From an uncultured Methanosarcinales archaeon (GTDB lineage Archaea > Nanobdellota > Nanobdellia > Woesearchaeales > CAZPJY01), in NCBI GenBank assembly GCA_964587045.1, contig CAZPJY010000011.1, positions 1 to 47,603 on the forward strand: DNA of 47,603 nucleotides, in the 5' to 3' direction. Below, in pieces: positions 25,060 to 34,674 of the stretch. Made by a program: the position numbers and the translations under genes. Position 1 is the first letter of the stretch, and each line of letters opens with the position of its first letter. Under the pieces are notes generated by a model that saw only the letters and a list, made by a program, of their open reading frames with translations, searched no databases and had not been told where the DNA came from.

Positions 25060-26453
25060 GCGAGCCCACCCAAGGCGCAATGGTTATGACCAAGATTCTC
25101 GCAACCGTCGGCCCAGCGACAAGCTCTGAAGAGGTAGCAAGGAAGCTGATCGATGAGGGACTGGACGGCATAAGGCTTAACATGTCGCACGGGACGCACG
25201 AGGAGCACGCTCAGCTCCTGTCCACCTACAGAAGTCTCAAAGACGACCTCTTCATCATGGTCGACGTGAAGGGCAGGAAGCTCCGGCTTGGGGATTTCGG
25301 AGAAGGCAGGTCCGTCAGCCCAGGGGATGAGGTTGTCATAGACTCATCGCTTGACCCGTTCGATCCGGGAAACGCGTCTCGCCGTGAGATACCTATCCAA
25401 ATCGAGTCATTCCCTGTAAAGGAGGGTGACACGATACTGCTATCAGACGGCGAGGTGTGCCTGTCTGTCAAGCACATTGAGGGATCGCGGGTCATAACGG
25501 AAGTGGTTTTCGGCACGTCGATTGAGAGCAGGAAGGGAGTGAGCGTACCCGGTGTCGAGCTACCCCTCCCCTTCCTTTCCGATGATGACATCCGCGCCAT
25601 AGAGTTTGCAAAAACACACGACGTGGACTACATCGCCCTGTCTTTCGTGACCTCAAGGAAAGAGGTCGAAGAGGCCAGAAAGCTGGTCGGGGATTCCAAA
25701 ACACTTCTGATATCAAAAATAGAAAGCGCGCTCGCCGTTCCGAACTTCGACGAGATCATGGAAGCCAGCGACGGCATCCTCATCGCCCGCGGGGACCTAG
25801 GGGTGGAGCTCCCCATTGAGGACGTGCCCGGCAGGCAGAAGGACATGATCTCAAAGGCCAACATAGCGGGAAAGCCCGCAATCGTCGCTACACAGATGCT
25901 GGAATCGATGAGGTGGAATGCGAGGCCCACCCGGGCAGAGGTCAACGACGTGTACAACGCAGCGCTGGATGGGGCGGACTGCGTCATGCTGTCAGCAGAG
26001 ACATCTATAGGCAGGTACCCTGCGGAGTCCGTAAGGATCATGAACACCATTGTGCTGCGGGCCCAGCACAGGATAAGGGGCAGGCTGGAGAAGGTGGATG
26101 AGCACCAGGTCGTCAACATGGTCACCAACGCAGTCGTAGACGCCGCCAGTCATAGCGTTATCAAGGGCATCGTTTGCCTGACCCGCAGCGGCTACACCGC
26201 CAGGATGATCTCACGGTTCAGGCCGAGCAAGATGATTCTCGCAGCAACATGGGACCGTAAGGTCAGGAATCAGCTCGGGCTCGTCTGGGGGGTCTATCCC
26301 TTCATGTTCGAAGGTGAAGGCGACATCTCGCGTGTTTGCCGGCTGGCCAAGGATAAGGATTACTTGCAGGACGGAGACTTGATAGTTGCAGCAGCCGGTG
26401 TTGGCCCGACAGGTGAGGGAACGACCAACCTCATGAGGATTGAAAGGGTCTGA
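25056..26453 (+). CDS. pyk: Pyruvate kinase, full length
   Basis: TKILATVGP, RLNMSHG, SKIE, IARGDLGVE, ATQMLESM, PTRAEV.DV, C-domain TRSG.TAR.ISRFRP...TTN. Confidence 0.95.
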   Translation: MSEPTQGAMVMTKILATVGPATSSEEVARKLIDEGLDGIRLNMSHGTHEEHAQLLSTYRSLKDDLFIMVDVKGRKLRLGDFGEGRSVSPGDEVVIDSSLDPFDPGNASRREIPIQIESFPVKEGDTILLSDGEVCLSVKHIEGSRVITEVVFGTSIESRKGVSVPGVELPLPFLSDDDIRAIEFAKTHDVDYIALSFVTSRKEVEEARKLVGDSKTLLISKIESALAVPNFDEIMEASDGILIARGDLGVELPIEDVPGRQKDMISKANIAGKPAIVATQMLESMRWNARPTRAEVNDVYNAALDGADCVMLSAETSIGRYPAESVRIMNTIVLRAQHRIRGRLEKVDEHQVVNMVTNAVVDAASHSVIKGIVCLTRSGYTARMISRFRPSKMILAATWDRKVRNQLGLVWGVYPFMFEGEGDISRVCRLAKDKDYLQDGDLIVAAAGVGPTGEGTTNLMRIERV

Positions 26454-26511
26454 TTCTGGCCAGAATTGAGTAACACAAGGTTTTAAAAGGCTTCTAGATT
26501 TCTTAACCGCG

Positions 26512-27504
26512 ATGGACGCAATAATAATACAATCACTCACAAAGAAATTTGGAGATTTCAAGGCTGTTGACAAAGTCTCGTTCAAAGTCAAGCAGGGTGA
26601 GCTCTTCGGGCTCCTGGGCCCCAACGGCGCAGGCAAGACTACTACTATCAACATGCTCTCCACACTGCTGTCAATAACTTCAGGCACTGCCCTGATCGCC
26701 GAGCATAACGTGGCAAAGAAGAGGGACGCGGTTAGGAGGAGCATAGGCATCGTCTTCCAGGACCCGGCGTTGGACTTCAAGCTGACTGGAAGGGAGAACC
26801 TGGACTTCCACGGGAGGATGTACCGCCTGCCGAAAAGCGTCCGCGCTGAGAGGATAAAGGAGGTCCTGGAGTTGGTCGACCTGACGGAACGTGCTGACGC
26901 CCTGGTCGAGACCTATTCGGGTGGCATGAAGCGAAGGCTCGAGATAGCCCGGGGCCTGATGCACCACCCAAAGGTTCTTTTCCTGGACGAGCCCACCTTA
27001 GGACTCGACGCGCAGACGAGGCGCCACATCTGGGATTACATCAAGAGGCTCAACAAGTCAAAGAAGATCTCAATCATCCTAACCACCCATTACATGGAGG
27101 AGGCGGACTACCTCTGCGACCGCGTCGCCATCATAGACCACGGAAAGATCGTCGCTCTCGACACCCCGACCAAGCTTAAGGACGTCCTCGGCGGGGATGT
27201 GGTGCGTCTCTCAGTGGAAGGCCATCCTGAAGAGCTGGCCAACAGGCTGAGCTCGATGAGGTGGGTGAAGACCCTCAACAGGCACGACAACCAGCTAAGC
27301 CTCACCATGGAAAAGGGCGAGACGCGCATACCTGAGCTGATCTCCCTAGCGCAGAAGCACAAGGTGAAGGTGAAGTCCGTCGAACTCCACAAGCCCAGCC
27401 TTGAGGACGTGTTCCTTCATTATACTGGCAAGACAATACGCGAGCATGAGAACGGCTCCATCAGCGCCAGAAGCGAATTGATAAGACGGAGGAGAAGGCA
27501 ATGA
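26512..27504 (+). CDS. ABC transporter ATP-binding protein (DrrA-like)
   Basis: GPNGAGKTT, YSGGMKRRLEIAR, LFLDEPT, TTHYMEEA. Confidence 0.95.
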   Translation: MDAIIIQSLTKKFGDFKAVDKVSFKVKQGELFGLLGPNGAGKTTTINMLSTLLSITSGTALIAEHNVAKKRDAVRRSIGIVFQDPALDFKLTGRENLDFHGRMYRLPKSVRAERIKEVLELVDLTERADALVETYSGGMKRRLEIARGLMHHPKVLFLDEPTLGLDAQTRRHIWDYIKRLNKSKKISIILTTHYMEEADYLCDRVAIIDHGKIVALDTPTKLKDVLGGDVVRLSVEGHPEELANRLSSMRWVKTLNRHDNQLSLTMEKGETRIPELISLAQKHKVKVKSVELHKPSLEDVFLHYTGKTIREHENGSISARSELIRRRRRQ

Positions 27505-28256
27505 TCCAGACCATTTATACCCTTTGGCTGAGGGAGATGAAACGTTTCCTCAGGATAAAGATGCGCCTGGTGACAACCATTACGACACCTCTCATGTTTC
27601 TGGCGTTCTTCGCTTTGGGCTTCGCTGATATGAGGTTCCCGGGAGTCGGCGATGTGGGCTACCTGCAGTTCCTGGTGCCCGGCATCATCGGCATGGGACT
27701 GATTTTCTCATCGACCTTTGCAGGGATGTCCGTCCTTGTTGACAAGGAATTCGGATTCTTGAAAGAAGTCATGATTGCGCCTGTGTCGAGGACTGCCATC
27801 GTCCTGGGCAGGATTGCGGGCGGATTGAGTATGGGCCTCATCCAGGCGGTCTTGATACTCCTGATATCGACCGTCATCGGCTTCAGCATACCGGGTGTTC
27901 TTGCATTCCTGTTAGCCCTGATCTTCATGACCCTTGTGTCGGTCGTGTTCATCGGATTCGGGCTAATAGTCGCCTCCAAGATGAGAGACATGCACAGCTT
28001 CCCGATAGTTGTCAACTTCTTCATCTTTCCCTTGTTCTTCCTGTCGGGCGCTGTGTTCCCAATCTCGGGAATGCCCGGCTGGGTCAAGTGGCTGAGCCTC
28101 ATCGATCCCCTGACCTTTGGTGTCGACGGCATGAGACGGGCGCTCGCAGGCGTGTCAGAGTTCTCCTACCTGATCAACGCAGTGGTGCTGCTGGTGTGGG
28201 CGGTGGCAACGGTAACGCTCGGCGCTTGGTTCTTCGAGAGGAGCGACGCCTACTGA
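27501..28256 (+). CDS. ABC-2 type transporter permease
   Basis: 6 TM helices; YLQFLVPGI, DKEFGFLKE...APVSR, FFLSGA.FP. Confidence 0.93.
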   Translation: MIQTIYTLWLREMKRFLRIKMRLVTTITTPLMFLAFFALGFADMRFPGVGDVGYLQFLVPGIIGMGLIFSSTFAGMSVLVDKEFGFLKEVMIAPVSRTAIVLGRIAGGLSMGLIQAVLILLISTVIGFSIPGVLAFLLALIFMTLVSVVFIGFGLIVASKMRDMHSFPIVVNFFIFPLFFLSGAVFPISGMPGWVKWLSLIDPLTFGVDGMRRALAGVSEFSYLINAVVLLVWAVATVTLGAWFFERSDAY

Positions 28257-28603
28257 ACCATTTTGCCTGTGTAGAAAGTCTTGATGGAGCGCTTGAGCCT
28301 CTTGCCCTTGGACTCGACTATGGGCTCGAAGAGGCTGTACCTCCCCGTGACTGCGTTGGGCAGCCTGGCGTAGCGCGCGTAGGTCTCAAGCGCGCTCCTG
28401 ACCAGAAGGCTGTCCCTGGCTTTGAAGGTGACATCATACCTGTTCCTGTTCTCCAAGGGTCCCTTGACAGAAATCCTCACATCCGGGTATTCCTTGTTTG
28501 CCGCCCTCAGACCGAAATAGATGTCCATTAGGCTCTGGGCAAGATCTTCCAGTCTCTCCGGATTAGTCCGCCTGAACAAGTAATGCAGCGTGGTTTTTGG
28601 CAT
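28250..28603 (-). CDS. Hypothetical protein
   Basis: ATG 28603 with TTTTATA about 25 nt upstream; fills the gap between genes. Confidence 0.65.
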   Translation of the reverse strand: MPKTTLHYLFRRTNPERLEDLAQSLMDIYFGLRAANKEYPDVRISVKGPLENRNRYDVTFKARDSLLVRSALETYARYARLPNAVTGRYSLFEPIVESKGKRLKRSIKTFYTGKMVQ

Positions 28604-28636
28604 GGTTGACTGTGAGAGGCACAACTATAAAAAGGT

Positions 28637-28993
28637 TTAGAGTAAGGGATCCTCCCCTCCTTTGCTTAGGGGATTGCACTTGGCTATGCGCTTTGCGGCA
28701 AGCAGGCCTCCTTTGAGTGCCCCGTACTTCTCAACTGCCTGCCTTCCATACTCAGAACATGTCGGTGTGTACTTGCAAATCTTATCTTTACCGAGAATTT
28801 CCTTCAGGTCCGGTCCGATGCGTGTCTGGTAATCGTCTATCCTGCTGAGCACATATTCCTTGGCCGACGTGTGGCTGACCCTGCTCTCCAAGGTGGCAGA
28901 GTTGGCATCGCTGTTCAGGAGCATCAGCAAAGCCGCAGCAGCGCAACAAGCACAGCAGCACTCGTCTCCTTCATTTAACGTGACCTTTACCAT
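28637..28993 (-). CDS. YidD-like (membrane protein insertion efficiency factor/haemolytic domain) protein with Cys-rich N-terminus
   Basis: [44 protein letters not shown]. Confidence 0.85.
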   Translation of the reverse strand: MVKVTLNEGDECCCACCAAAALLMLLNSDANSATLESRVSHTSAKEYVLSRIDDYQTRIGPDLKEILGKDKICKYTPTCSEYGRQAVEKYGALKGGLLAAKRIAKCNPLSKGGEDPLL

Positions 28994-29065
28994 GGATCGA
29001 GTGGTTTTCTGCTTATTCTTAAAGGTATCCTAACTTTTATAAATCCGCCTGCTGACCTCCTTTTA

Positions 29066-29824
29066 ATGGAGCGCAAAATCGAGTTTGTGAACAACAAGGG
29101 ACAGGTTCTCCGAGGCATTGTGTTCGTCCCAAAGAGGTACACGACAGCGGTGGTCTGCCTCCACGGCTTTCCGGGCAGCATGTCAGGGACCGCCCAGCGA
29201 GTGAGCCGGTGGTTGGGACGAAAGGGATACCTCTGCCTTCGGTTCGATTTCTCAGGGACCGATTCGTCTGAGGGAAGATTCGAGGACAAGCTGATGAGCC
29301 AGGAGGCAAACGAGATCCGCTACGCGATCAACTACCTCGAGAGGAACTTCAAGTACAAGAGGCTCGTCCTGTTCGGCCATTCCACAGGAGCTATTGATGC
29401 AGCCCTGTACGCCCACAGGGACAAGAGGATTAGCAAGCTCGTCCTGAGCGGCATGGTGTTCGACCTCAAGAGGTCCGCGAGGTATGATTTCACAGACGTT
29501 CAGGTGAGACAGTTTTGGGAGAGGGGCTTCATCACCTACAACCGGCCGGGCAGATGGATGCACAGGAAGCGTCTCAAGAAAGCCTTCTACGACGAGTTCT
29601 TCAAGCTCAATGTCCCTCTTGCGATCAAGAGGTGGCATAAGCCCCTGATGATTATCCACGGAACACGGGATCAGATGATTCCCGTTGATGACCCAAAAGA
29701 GCTGTTCAGCATTGCTAACAGACCGAAGAAGCTGGTCATCATCAAGGGCGGGAAGCACAACATGAAAGGCCCGCAGCACTGGACTGAATACGCGAGGGCG
29801 ATCGAGAGGTTCATCAGATGGTGA
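29066..29824 (+). CDS. Alpha/beta hydrolase
   Basis: LHGF, RFDFSG, GHSTG nucleophile elbow, IIHGTRD, GGKH. Confidence 0.92.
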   Translation: MERKIEFVNNKGQVLRGIVFVPKRYTTAVVCLHGFPGSMSGTAQRVSRWLGRKGYLCLRFDFSGTDSSEGRFEDKLMSQEANEIRYAINYLERNFKYKRLVLFGHSTGAIDAALYAHRDKRISKLVLSGMVFDLKRSARYDFTDVQVRQFWERGFITYNRPGRWMHRKRLKKAFYDEFFKLNVPLAIKRWHKPLMIIHGTRDQMIPVDDPKELFSIANRPKKLVIIKGGKHNMKGPQHWTEYARAIERFIRW

Positions 29825-30576
29825 CCTTCCTGCAGGCCATCCTTCTAGGCATCGTCCAGGGAATAACGGAGTGGTTCCCCATCAGCTCATCAGGCCACCT
29901 TGTCATTGTCCAGCATTTTCTAGGGGTATCACCTCCGGTCGTGTTCGACCTCATGCTCCATCTGGGCAGCCTGCTGGTCGTCCTCTGGGTGTTTCGGAGG
30001 GACATAATCCGCATCCTGTCTGGCGCTGTCAAGGGTGATCGCAAGGAGTGGGCGATGCTAGGATACCTCGCCCTCGCATCGGTCCCGATAGCTGTAGCTG
30101 GACTGGTCTTCGAGGACCAGGTGAAGGCCGCCTTCCAGAGCACGGTCTCTGTTGGTATCTTCCTGATTTTCACGGCTATCCTCCTGTTCTTCTCCAGGTT
30201 CCCAAAGGAGAAGGGCAGGCACCTGTCCTTCCTGCGCGTCTTGGCAATGGGGGTGGGCCAGGCGCTGGCAATCCTTCCCGGCGTGTCCCGCTCGGGAGCC
30301 ACCATATCCTCAGGAATGATGTTGGGCGTCAGGAGGGAGGAGGCTGCAACTTTCGCATTCCTCATGTTCATCCCGGCAGTCATCGGTGCGACCATCTTCG
30401 AGCTCCCAAACGTGGGCGCAGTGGGAGAGGCGGCGCCGCTCCTGGCAGGGATCGCAGCGACCGTCATCACCGGATGGCTCTCCCTGACACTTCTCTTGAG
30501 AATGATAAGCAGGGGGCAGTTCCACCATTTCGCATGGTACTGCCTTGCAGTCGGGATCATCATTATCGCATTGTAG
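29818..30576 (+). CDS. uppP: Undecaprenyl-diphosphate phosphatase (BacA/UppP)
   Basis: LGIVQGITEWFPISSSGHL and QALAILPGVSRSGATI motifs. Confidence 0.94.
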   Translation: MVTFLQAILLGIVQGITEWFPISSSGHLVIVQHFLGVSPPVVFDLMLHLGSLLVVLWVFRRDIIRILSGAVKGDRKEWAMLGYLALASVPIAVAGLVFEDQVKAAFQSTVSVGIFLIFTAILLFFSRFPKEKGRHLSFLRVLAMGVGQALAILPGVSRSGATISSGMMLGVRREEAATFAFLMFIPAVIGATIFELPNVGAVGEAAPLLAGIAATVITGWLSLTLLLRMISRGQFHHFAWYCLAVGIIIIAL

Positions 30577-30612
30577 AAAGCATTTTAAAGACCCAAACCC
30601 AAGGATTGCCCC

Positions 30613-31182
30613 ATGGGGATTCTCATCTACGAGCTTGAGGGCGAGAAGGGAGCCAGATACGTCCTCGAAGACCAGACAGGCCCGTTCCAGCACATTACAT
30701 GGTTTCTCTTGTACAACGGCCTCAAGCATTTCGTTGTCGGAGTGGTCGACGAGCAGGGGAAAGCCCACCCGGCTGACCTGGTGCAGTTCAAGGACCAGTT
30801 TGTCGGCAAGAGAATCAAGTACTTCAAACACCCCCTAAAGGATTTGGCCAAGGCTCATGAGACCGAAAGGATAGTCAAGACCTCAAGGCGGGCGGAATCC
30901 ATCCAGGGCAAGGTGTTCATCGCCCAAGGGGGAGGCGGACCGTACTACATCGAGGACAACTCGAACCTCTTCGATCATCCGATATGGTTCATCAACGTCG
31001 GAGAATACAAATACCACGTCCTGGCGCTCGATGATGGCAGGACCATAACCTTCGCTCGCGACATCAAGGGAATAAGGGATTTCGAAGGGAAATACGTCAA
31101 GTACTACAAGGAGCACCTGCCAGATGACAAGATGTCAGTTGCGCCCGCAACCGGAAGGATTGAGAGAATCAGCGGGATGTAG
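30613..31182 (+). CDS. Hypothetical protein made of two internal repeats of about 95 aa
   Basis: YVLEDQTGPFQHITWFL...FVGKRIKYFK.PL vs YYIEDNSNLFDHPIWFI...FEGKYVKYYK.HL. Confidence 0.75.
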   Translation: MGILIYELEGEKGARYVLEDQTGPFQHITWFLLYNGLKHFVVGVVDEQGKAHPADLVQFKDQFVGKRIKYFKHPLKDLAKAHETERIVKTSRRAESIQGKVFIAQGGGGPYYIEDNSNLFDHPIWFINVGEYKYHVLALDDGRTITFARDIKGIRDFEGKYVKYYKEHLPDDKMSVAPATGRIERISGM

Positions 31183-31219
31183 CGCAAAGGTTAAATAGTG
31201 AGAAGGATAAACGCTTGAC

Positions 31220-31723
31220 ATGAATGCCCTTATCGTTGTTGACGTCCAAGAGGAATGGAGCGACCCGAAATCCGAGTATTACGCTGGCGAGCCCGAGGCC
31301 TTCGTCGACCGAATCAACGAGTTGATTGACTTCTGCAGGGCTACCGGCTCAAAGGTGATTTTTACCAGGCATGAAGAGGAGGAAGGCGAAGCCTTCACCG
31401 GCCCAAACGCAGAGCTGCTAACAGGGCTTGACAGGAAAAAGGGGGACTTGGTCATCACCAAGCACAGGATCAGCCCGTTCTACAGGACGAACCTCGAGGA
31501 GGAACTCAAAGGTGTGGACCACGTCATTGTAGCCGGAATCCTCACCAACCTTTGCGTCAGGAGCCTGGTTGAGGGGGCTTATGACAGGGATTTCAAGGTT
31601 ACTGTCGTAAGCGACTGCACACGCTCGTTCGACACCGAAACGCAGGAGTTCACCCTGAAGGATCTCAAGACGACCAGACCGGAAATCGAGATCGTCAGCC
31701 TGCAGAAATTTGTTGGTGAGTGA
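31220..31723 (+). CDS. Isochorismatase-family cysteine hydrolase
   Basis: ALIVVDVQ, ITK.R.SPFY.T, AGILTNLCVRS...AYD. Confidence 0.9.
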   Translation: MNALIVVDVQEEWSDPKSEYYAGEPEAFVDRINELIDFCRATGSKVIFTRHEEEEGEAFTGPNAELLTGLDRKKGDLVITKHRISPFYRTNLEEELKGVDHVIVAGILTNLCVRSLVEGAYDRDFKVTVVSDCTRSFDTETQEFTLKDLKTTRPEIEIVSLQKFVGE

Positions 31724-32120
31724 TTTGAAGTTCCTCTTCTTGTGCGCCCATAACGTATTCAGAAGCAAGGTCGCCGAGGCCCTTTTCAAAAAGATGGCGC
31801 CTGAGCATGAGGCAAGGAGCGCCGGGACGAAGAACACCGTGCCGGCTGACGAGTCTGAGGACTGGTACAAGAGCATCGTCGAATCGGCCAGCCAGTTCGG
31901 ACTGAGTTTTGAAGCGAAGAGCACCAAGCTCAGCCAAGAACTGCTCGACTGGGCAGACAGGGTAATAGTGGTCGCAGACGACGCGGGAGAAGTGCCCGGA
32001 GCTGAGGTGTGGAGGATTTCTGACGTGAAGGGCCACAGCATCAATGAGAGAATAGAGGTCATCAGGCAGATCAAGGAGAAGGTCGGGGAGTTGGTGGAAT
32101 CAATATCCGCTCCCGCCTGA
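31710..32120 (+). CDS. Low-molecular-weight phosphatase (LMW-PTP/ArsC family)
   Basis: FLFLCAHNVFRS (CX5R), SAGT, WAD.VIV; exact start uncertain. Confidence 0.88.
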   Translation: MLVSDLKFLFLCAHNVFRSKVAEALFKKMAPEHEARSAGTKNTVPADESEDWYKSIVESASQFGLSFEAKSTKLSQELLDWADRVIVVADDAGEVPGAEVWRISDVKGHSINERIEVIRQIKEKVGELVESISAPA

Positions 32121-32870
32121 AATGAGCGTACTCTCTCCTATACGAACCTTCATCGGATCGAGTTCGATTTCTCCGTCATCGCTCAGCGCGTTCAGCAGCT
32201 CCTTGAAGTTCCAAGGCTTGACACCGCCTGACATCTTGATGCCACGGGGGAAGTTCTTTCTCATCACCCTGAGGTCGTCAACCCTCGCACCACCAGAACC
32301 GAAACCAGTCGAGGTCTTCACAAAATCCGCGCCGCACTCGTCAGCAATCTTGCAGGCAATCGCTATCTGGGCGTGGGAGAGCTCTGAGGTCTCGAGGATG
32401 ACCTTGACCCGTGCGCTTTCCTTGTGTGCGGCATCGATTACCGCTCGCATGTCATCATGCACAGCATCCAACTCCCCGTTCTTCAGCCTGTCGTAGTCCA
32501 TGACCATGTCAATCTCGTCAGCGCCTGAGGCAATAGCGAGCTTGGTCTCTGAGACTTTGAAAAGGGTTGGGTACCACTGTCCGTCGGGGAAGCCCACCAC
32601 TGAAGCTATCTTGACGCCCTCCAGCCTGTTATTGTCCAGGTAAACCCTCGCGTAGTGGACATCCTCAGGTCTGATGCATATGGAGTACGGTTGTTGGGAT
32701 AAAGAGGATGTGGCCTCCAAGAAGGCATGGAAGGATTTCTCCCTCAGACGCACAGCACTCACACCCTTGAGGTCGGCCTCCTTTTCGAAAGCCTCTGACC
32801 TGGCGAGAAATGTGTGGTCGCAAATTCCTGCCACCATTCCTGTTGTCAGCTTGTCAATCTGCATAGGCAT
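32100..32870 (-). CDS. deoC: Deoxyribose-phosphate aldolase
   Basis: DHT.L, SVVGFP.G, GADEIDMV, KVILET, ADFVKTSTGF, IKMSGGV, RIG.S. Confidence 0.93.
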   Translation of the reverse strand: MPMQIDKLTTGMVAGICDHTFLARSEAFEKEADLKGVSAVRLREKSFHAFLEATSSLSQQPYSICIRPEDVHYARVYLDNNRLEGVKIASVVGFPDGQWYPTLFKVSETKLAIASGADEIDMVMDYDRLKNGELDAVHDDMRAVIDAAHKESARVKVILETSELSHAQIAIACKIADECGADFVKTSTGFGSGGARVDDLRVMRKNFPRGIKMSGGVKPWNFKELLNALSDDGEIELDPMKVRIGESTLISGGSGY

Positions 32871-32991
32871 GTTGGGAAAAAAACCGACTTTAAAAGCGTT
32901 CCTAAAGTGGCAGCGAAAAGCTTTGGTGAGGAAACAGCCCCTGAAAGCTTAATGGAAAGTTTTATATTAATACATCCCCCTGATTGTGGCA

Positions 32992-33873
32992 ATGGGATAC
33001 GCTCTCGGCATCGACATGGGAGGCACCAAGATCTCAGGAGCCTTGGTTAATAGCAGGGGGAGTGTGATCCGCAAATCCCGCGCCGACACGCAGTCTGACA
33101 AGCCCCTCAAGGTCATCCTGAAAAATCTCTGTTCTGTCATCGACGAGCTGATGGATAGTGATGTCGACGGCATCGGCATCGGTCTCCCCGGGTCGGTTTT
33201 CGAGAAAGGCCCATTAGGACGGAACGCCAACATCCCACAACTGGATGGCTTCGACCTGCGCGCATTCCTGAAGAGGAGGTACAGGCTTCCGGTAGTCCTT
33301 GAGAACGACGCCAACTGCTTCGCCCTGGCCGAGGCAATGTTTGGAACAGGGAAGGGCGATGACGTCGTGGTCGGCATCATATGGGGGACCGGTCTTGGGG
33401 GCGGAATCGTAATCGGCAGGAAGGTCTTTCGGGGCGCTCACGGGCTGGCTTCGGAGCCTGGGCACGCCTTCCTGGACGGGAGGGGAAAGGTCCGTTGCGG
33501 ATGCGGCAAGGTCGGCGACCTCGAATCGTTCACCTCTGGACCTAAGATAGTGGAATACTACCACGTTTTCGGGGGCAAGAAGGAACTTACCACCAAGCAG
33601 GTCTTCTCGAGCAGGGAAAAGGCCGCTAAAAGGGCTGTCGACCAGGCCGTGGACTACTTAGCAAAAGGGGTGGGGATGATTGTTGCTACACTCGACCCAG
33701 ATGTGGTGGTGGTAGGAGGCGGCGTTAGCAACAACGGAAAAGTCAGCGAGCTGAACAAGCTTGCGCAGAAGTACGCTCCGCGGGCGATGAGGGGAAGGTT
33801 CAAGGTTGTCAAGCATACCCTCGGCGACGACTCGGGCATGATCGGTGCCGCAGCCCTGGTCCTCAGCAGGTAA
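32992..33873 (+). CDS. ROK family sugar kinase
   Basis: GIDMGGT, ENDAN, GTGLGGG, E.GH, CGCG..G.LE, VVVGGG. Confidence 0.92.
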   Translation: MGYALGIDMGGTKISGALVNSRGSVIRKSRADTQSDKPLKVILKNLCSVIDELMDSDVDGIGIGLPGSVFEKGPLGRNANIPQLDGFDLRAFLKRRYRLPVVLENDANCFALAEAMFGTGKGDDVVVGIIWGTGLGGGIVIGRKVFRGAHGLASEPGHAFLDGRGKVRCGCGKVGDLESFTSGPKIVEYYHVFGGKKELTTKQVFSSREKAAKRAVDQAVDYLAKGVGMIVATLDPDVVVVGGGVSNNGKVSELNKLAQKYAPRAMRGRFKVVKHTLGDDSGMIGAAALVLSR

Positions 33874-33905
33874 TTTTATATATTCTCCCGATTCAGTGCA
33901 CCCAT

Positions 33906-34259
33906 ATGAAGGTATACCACCCTATCATATTCCTTGCCGAGAACACGCCATTCAGCTACGCGATTCTTGAAATGGTCGGAAATTCAGTCCGCATCCACTC
34001 ATATGCTGTAGGCAAACCGATGGATGACAAGGGTGACTATGATGACGAGGTCAGCCAGAAAACACTCGATGAGCTTGCCGACAAGTTCGTGAGGGACGTG
34101 GGTTCGAGCCAGTTCATCTTCTCCTACGGTCTGCCTGAGATGTCATTCACCGACCCTATGGGCGAACTGGGCCTGCCGTTCAAGCGTGCCCCAATCAGGC
34201 CGCTCGATCCAGTCCATAGGAGAAAGTTCGAAGAGTATGTGATAAAAAAAATCAGTTGA
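33906..34259 (+). CDS. Hypothetical protein
   Basis: 117-aa ORF with TTTTATATA upstream. Confidence 0.65.
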   Translation: MKVYHPIIFLAENTPFSYAILEMVGNSVRIHSYAVGKPMDDKGDYDDEVSQKTLDELADKFVRDVGSSQFIFSYGLPEMSFTDPMGELGLPFKRAPIRPLDPVHRRKFEEYVIKKIS

Positions 34260-34674
34260 TATCAATAACCTTAATCTTGAAGATCAAATCCTTTCCGGCC
34301 AGCGGGTGGTTGAGGTCGATTGTCGCCTCCTTGTCGTCGATGTCGACGATGACCGCCGGCATCTGCTGTCCGTTCGGAAGTGTCATGCCGAGCATCATGC
34401 CTTTCTTGAGCTCGACTTTCGGGAGCTTGTCTCTTGGGACTTTTTGCACCAGCTGCGGGTTCGGGTCGCCATAGGCATCACCTTTGGCTATGTTGAATTC
34501 CTTCTCTTCGCCTTTCTCCATCCCGATTAGGGCCTTCTCAAAACCAGGAATCACTCGGTGCTCCCCAACAGCAACTTCGAACGCGTCCCTCCCGTCAGTC
34601 GAATCGAAGATCGTGCCATCTTTGAGCTTGCCTGTGTACTCAACCTTGACCTTGTTTCCTTCTTTCACTGGCAT
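34252..34674 (-). CDS. FKBP-type peptidyl-prolyl isomerase (SlyD-like, IF domain)
   Basis: V.YTGKL.DGT.FDST, VIPGFE.AL.GM, AYG, DLNHPLAGKDL.F. Confidence 0.94.
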   Translation of the reverse strand: MPVKEGNKVKVEYTGKLKDGTIFDSTDGRDAFEVAVGEHRVIPGFEKALIGMEKGEEKEFNIAKGDAYGDPNPQLVQKVPRDKLPKVELKKGMMLGMTLPNGQQMPAVIVDIDDKEATIDLNHPLAGKDLIFKIKVIDIN

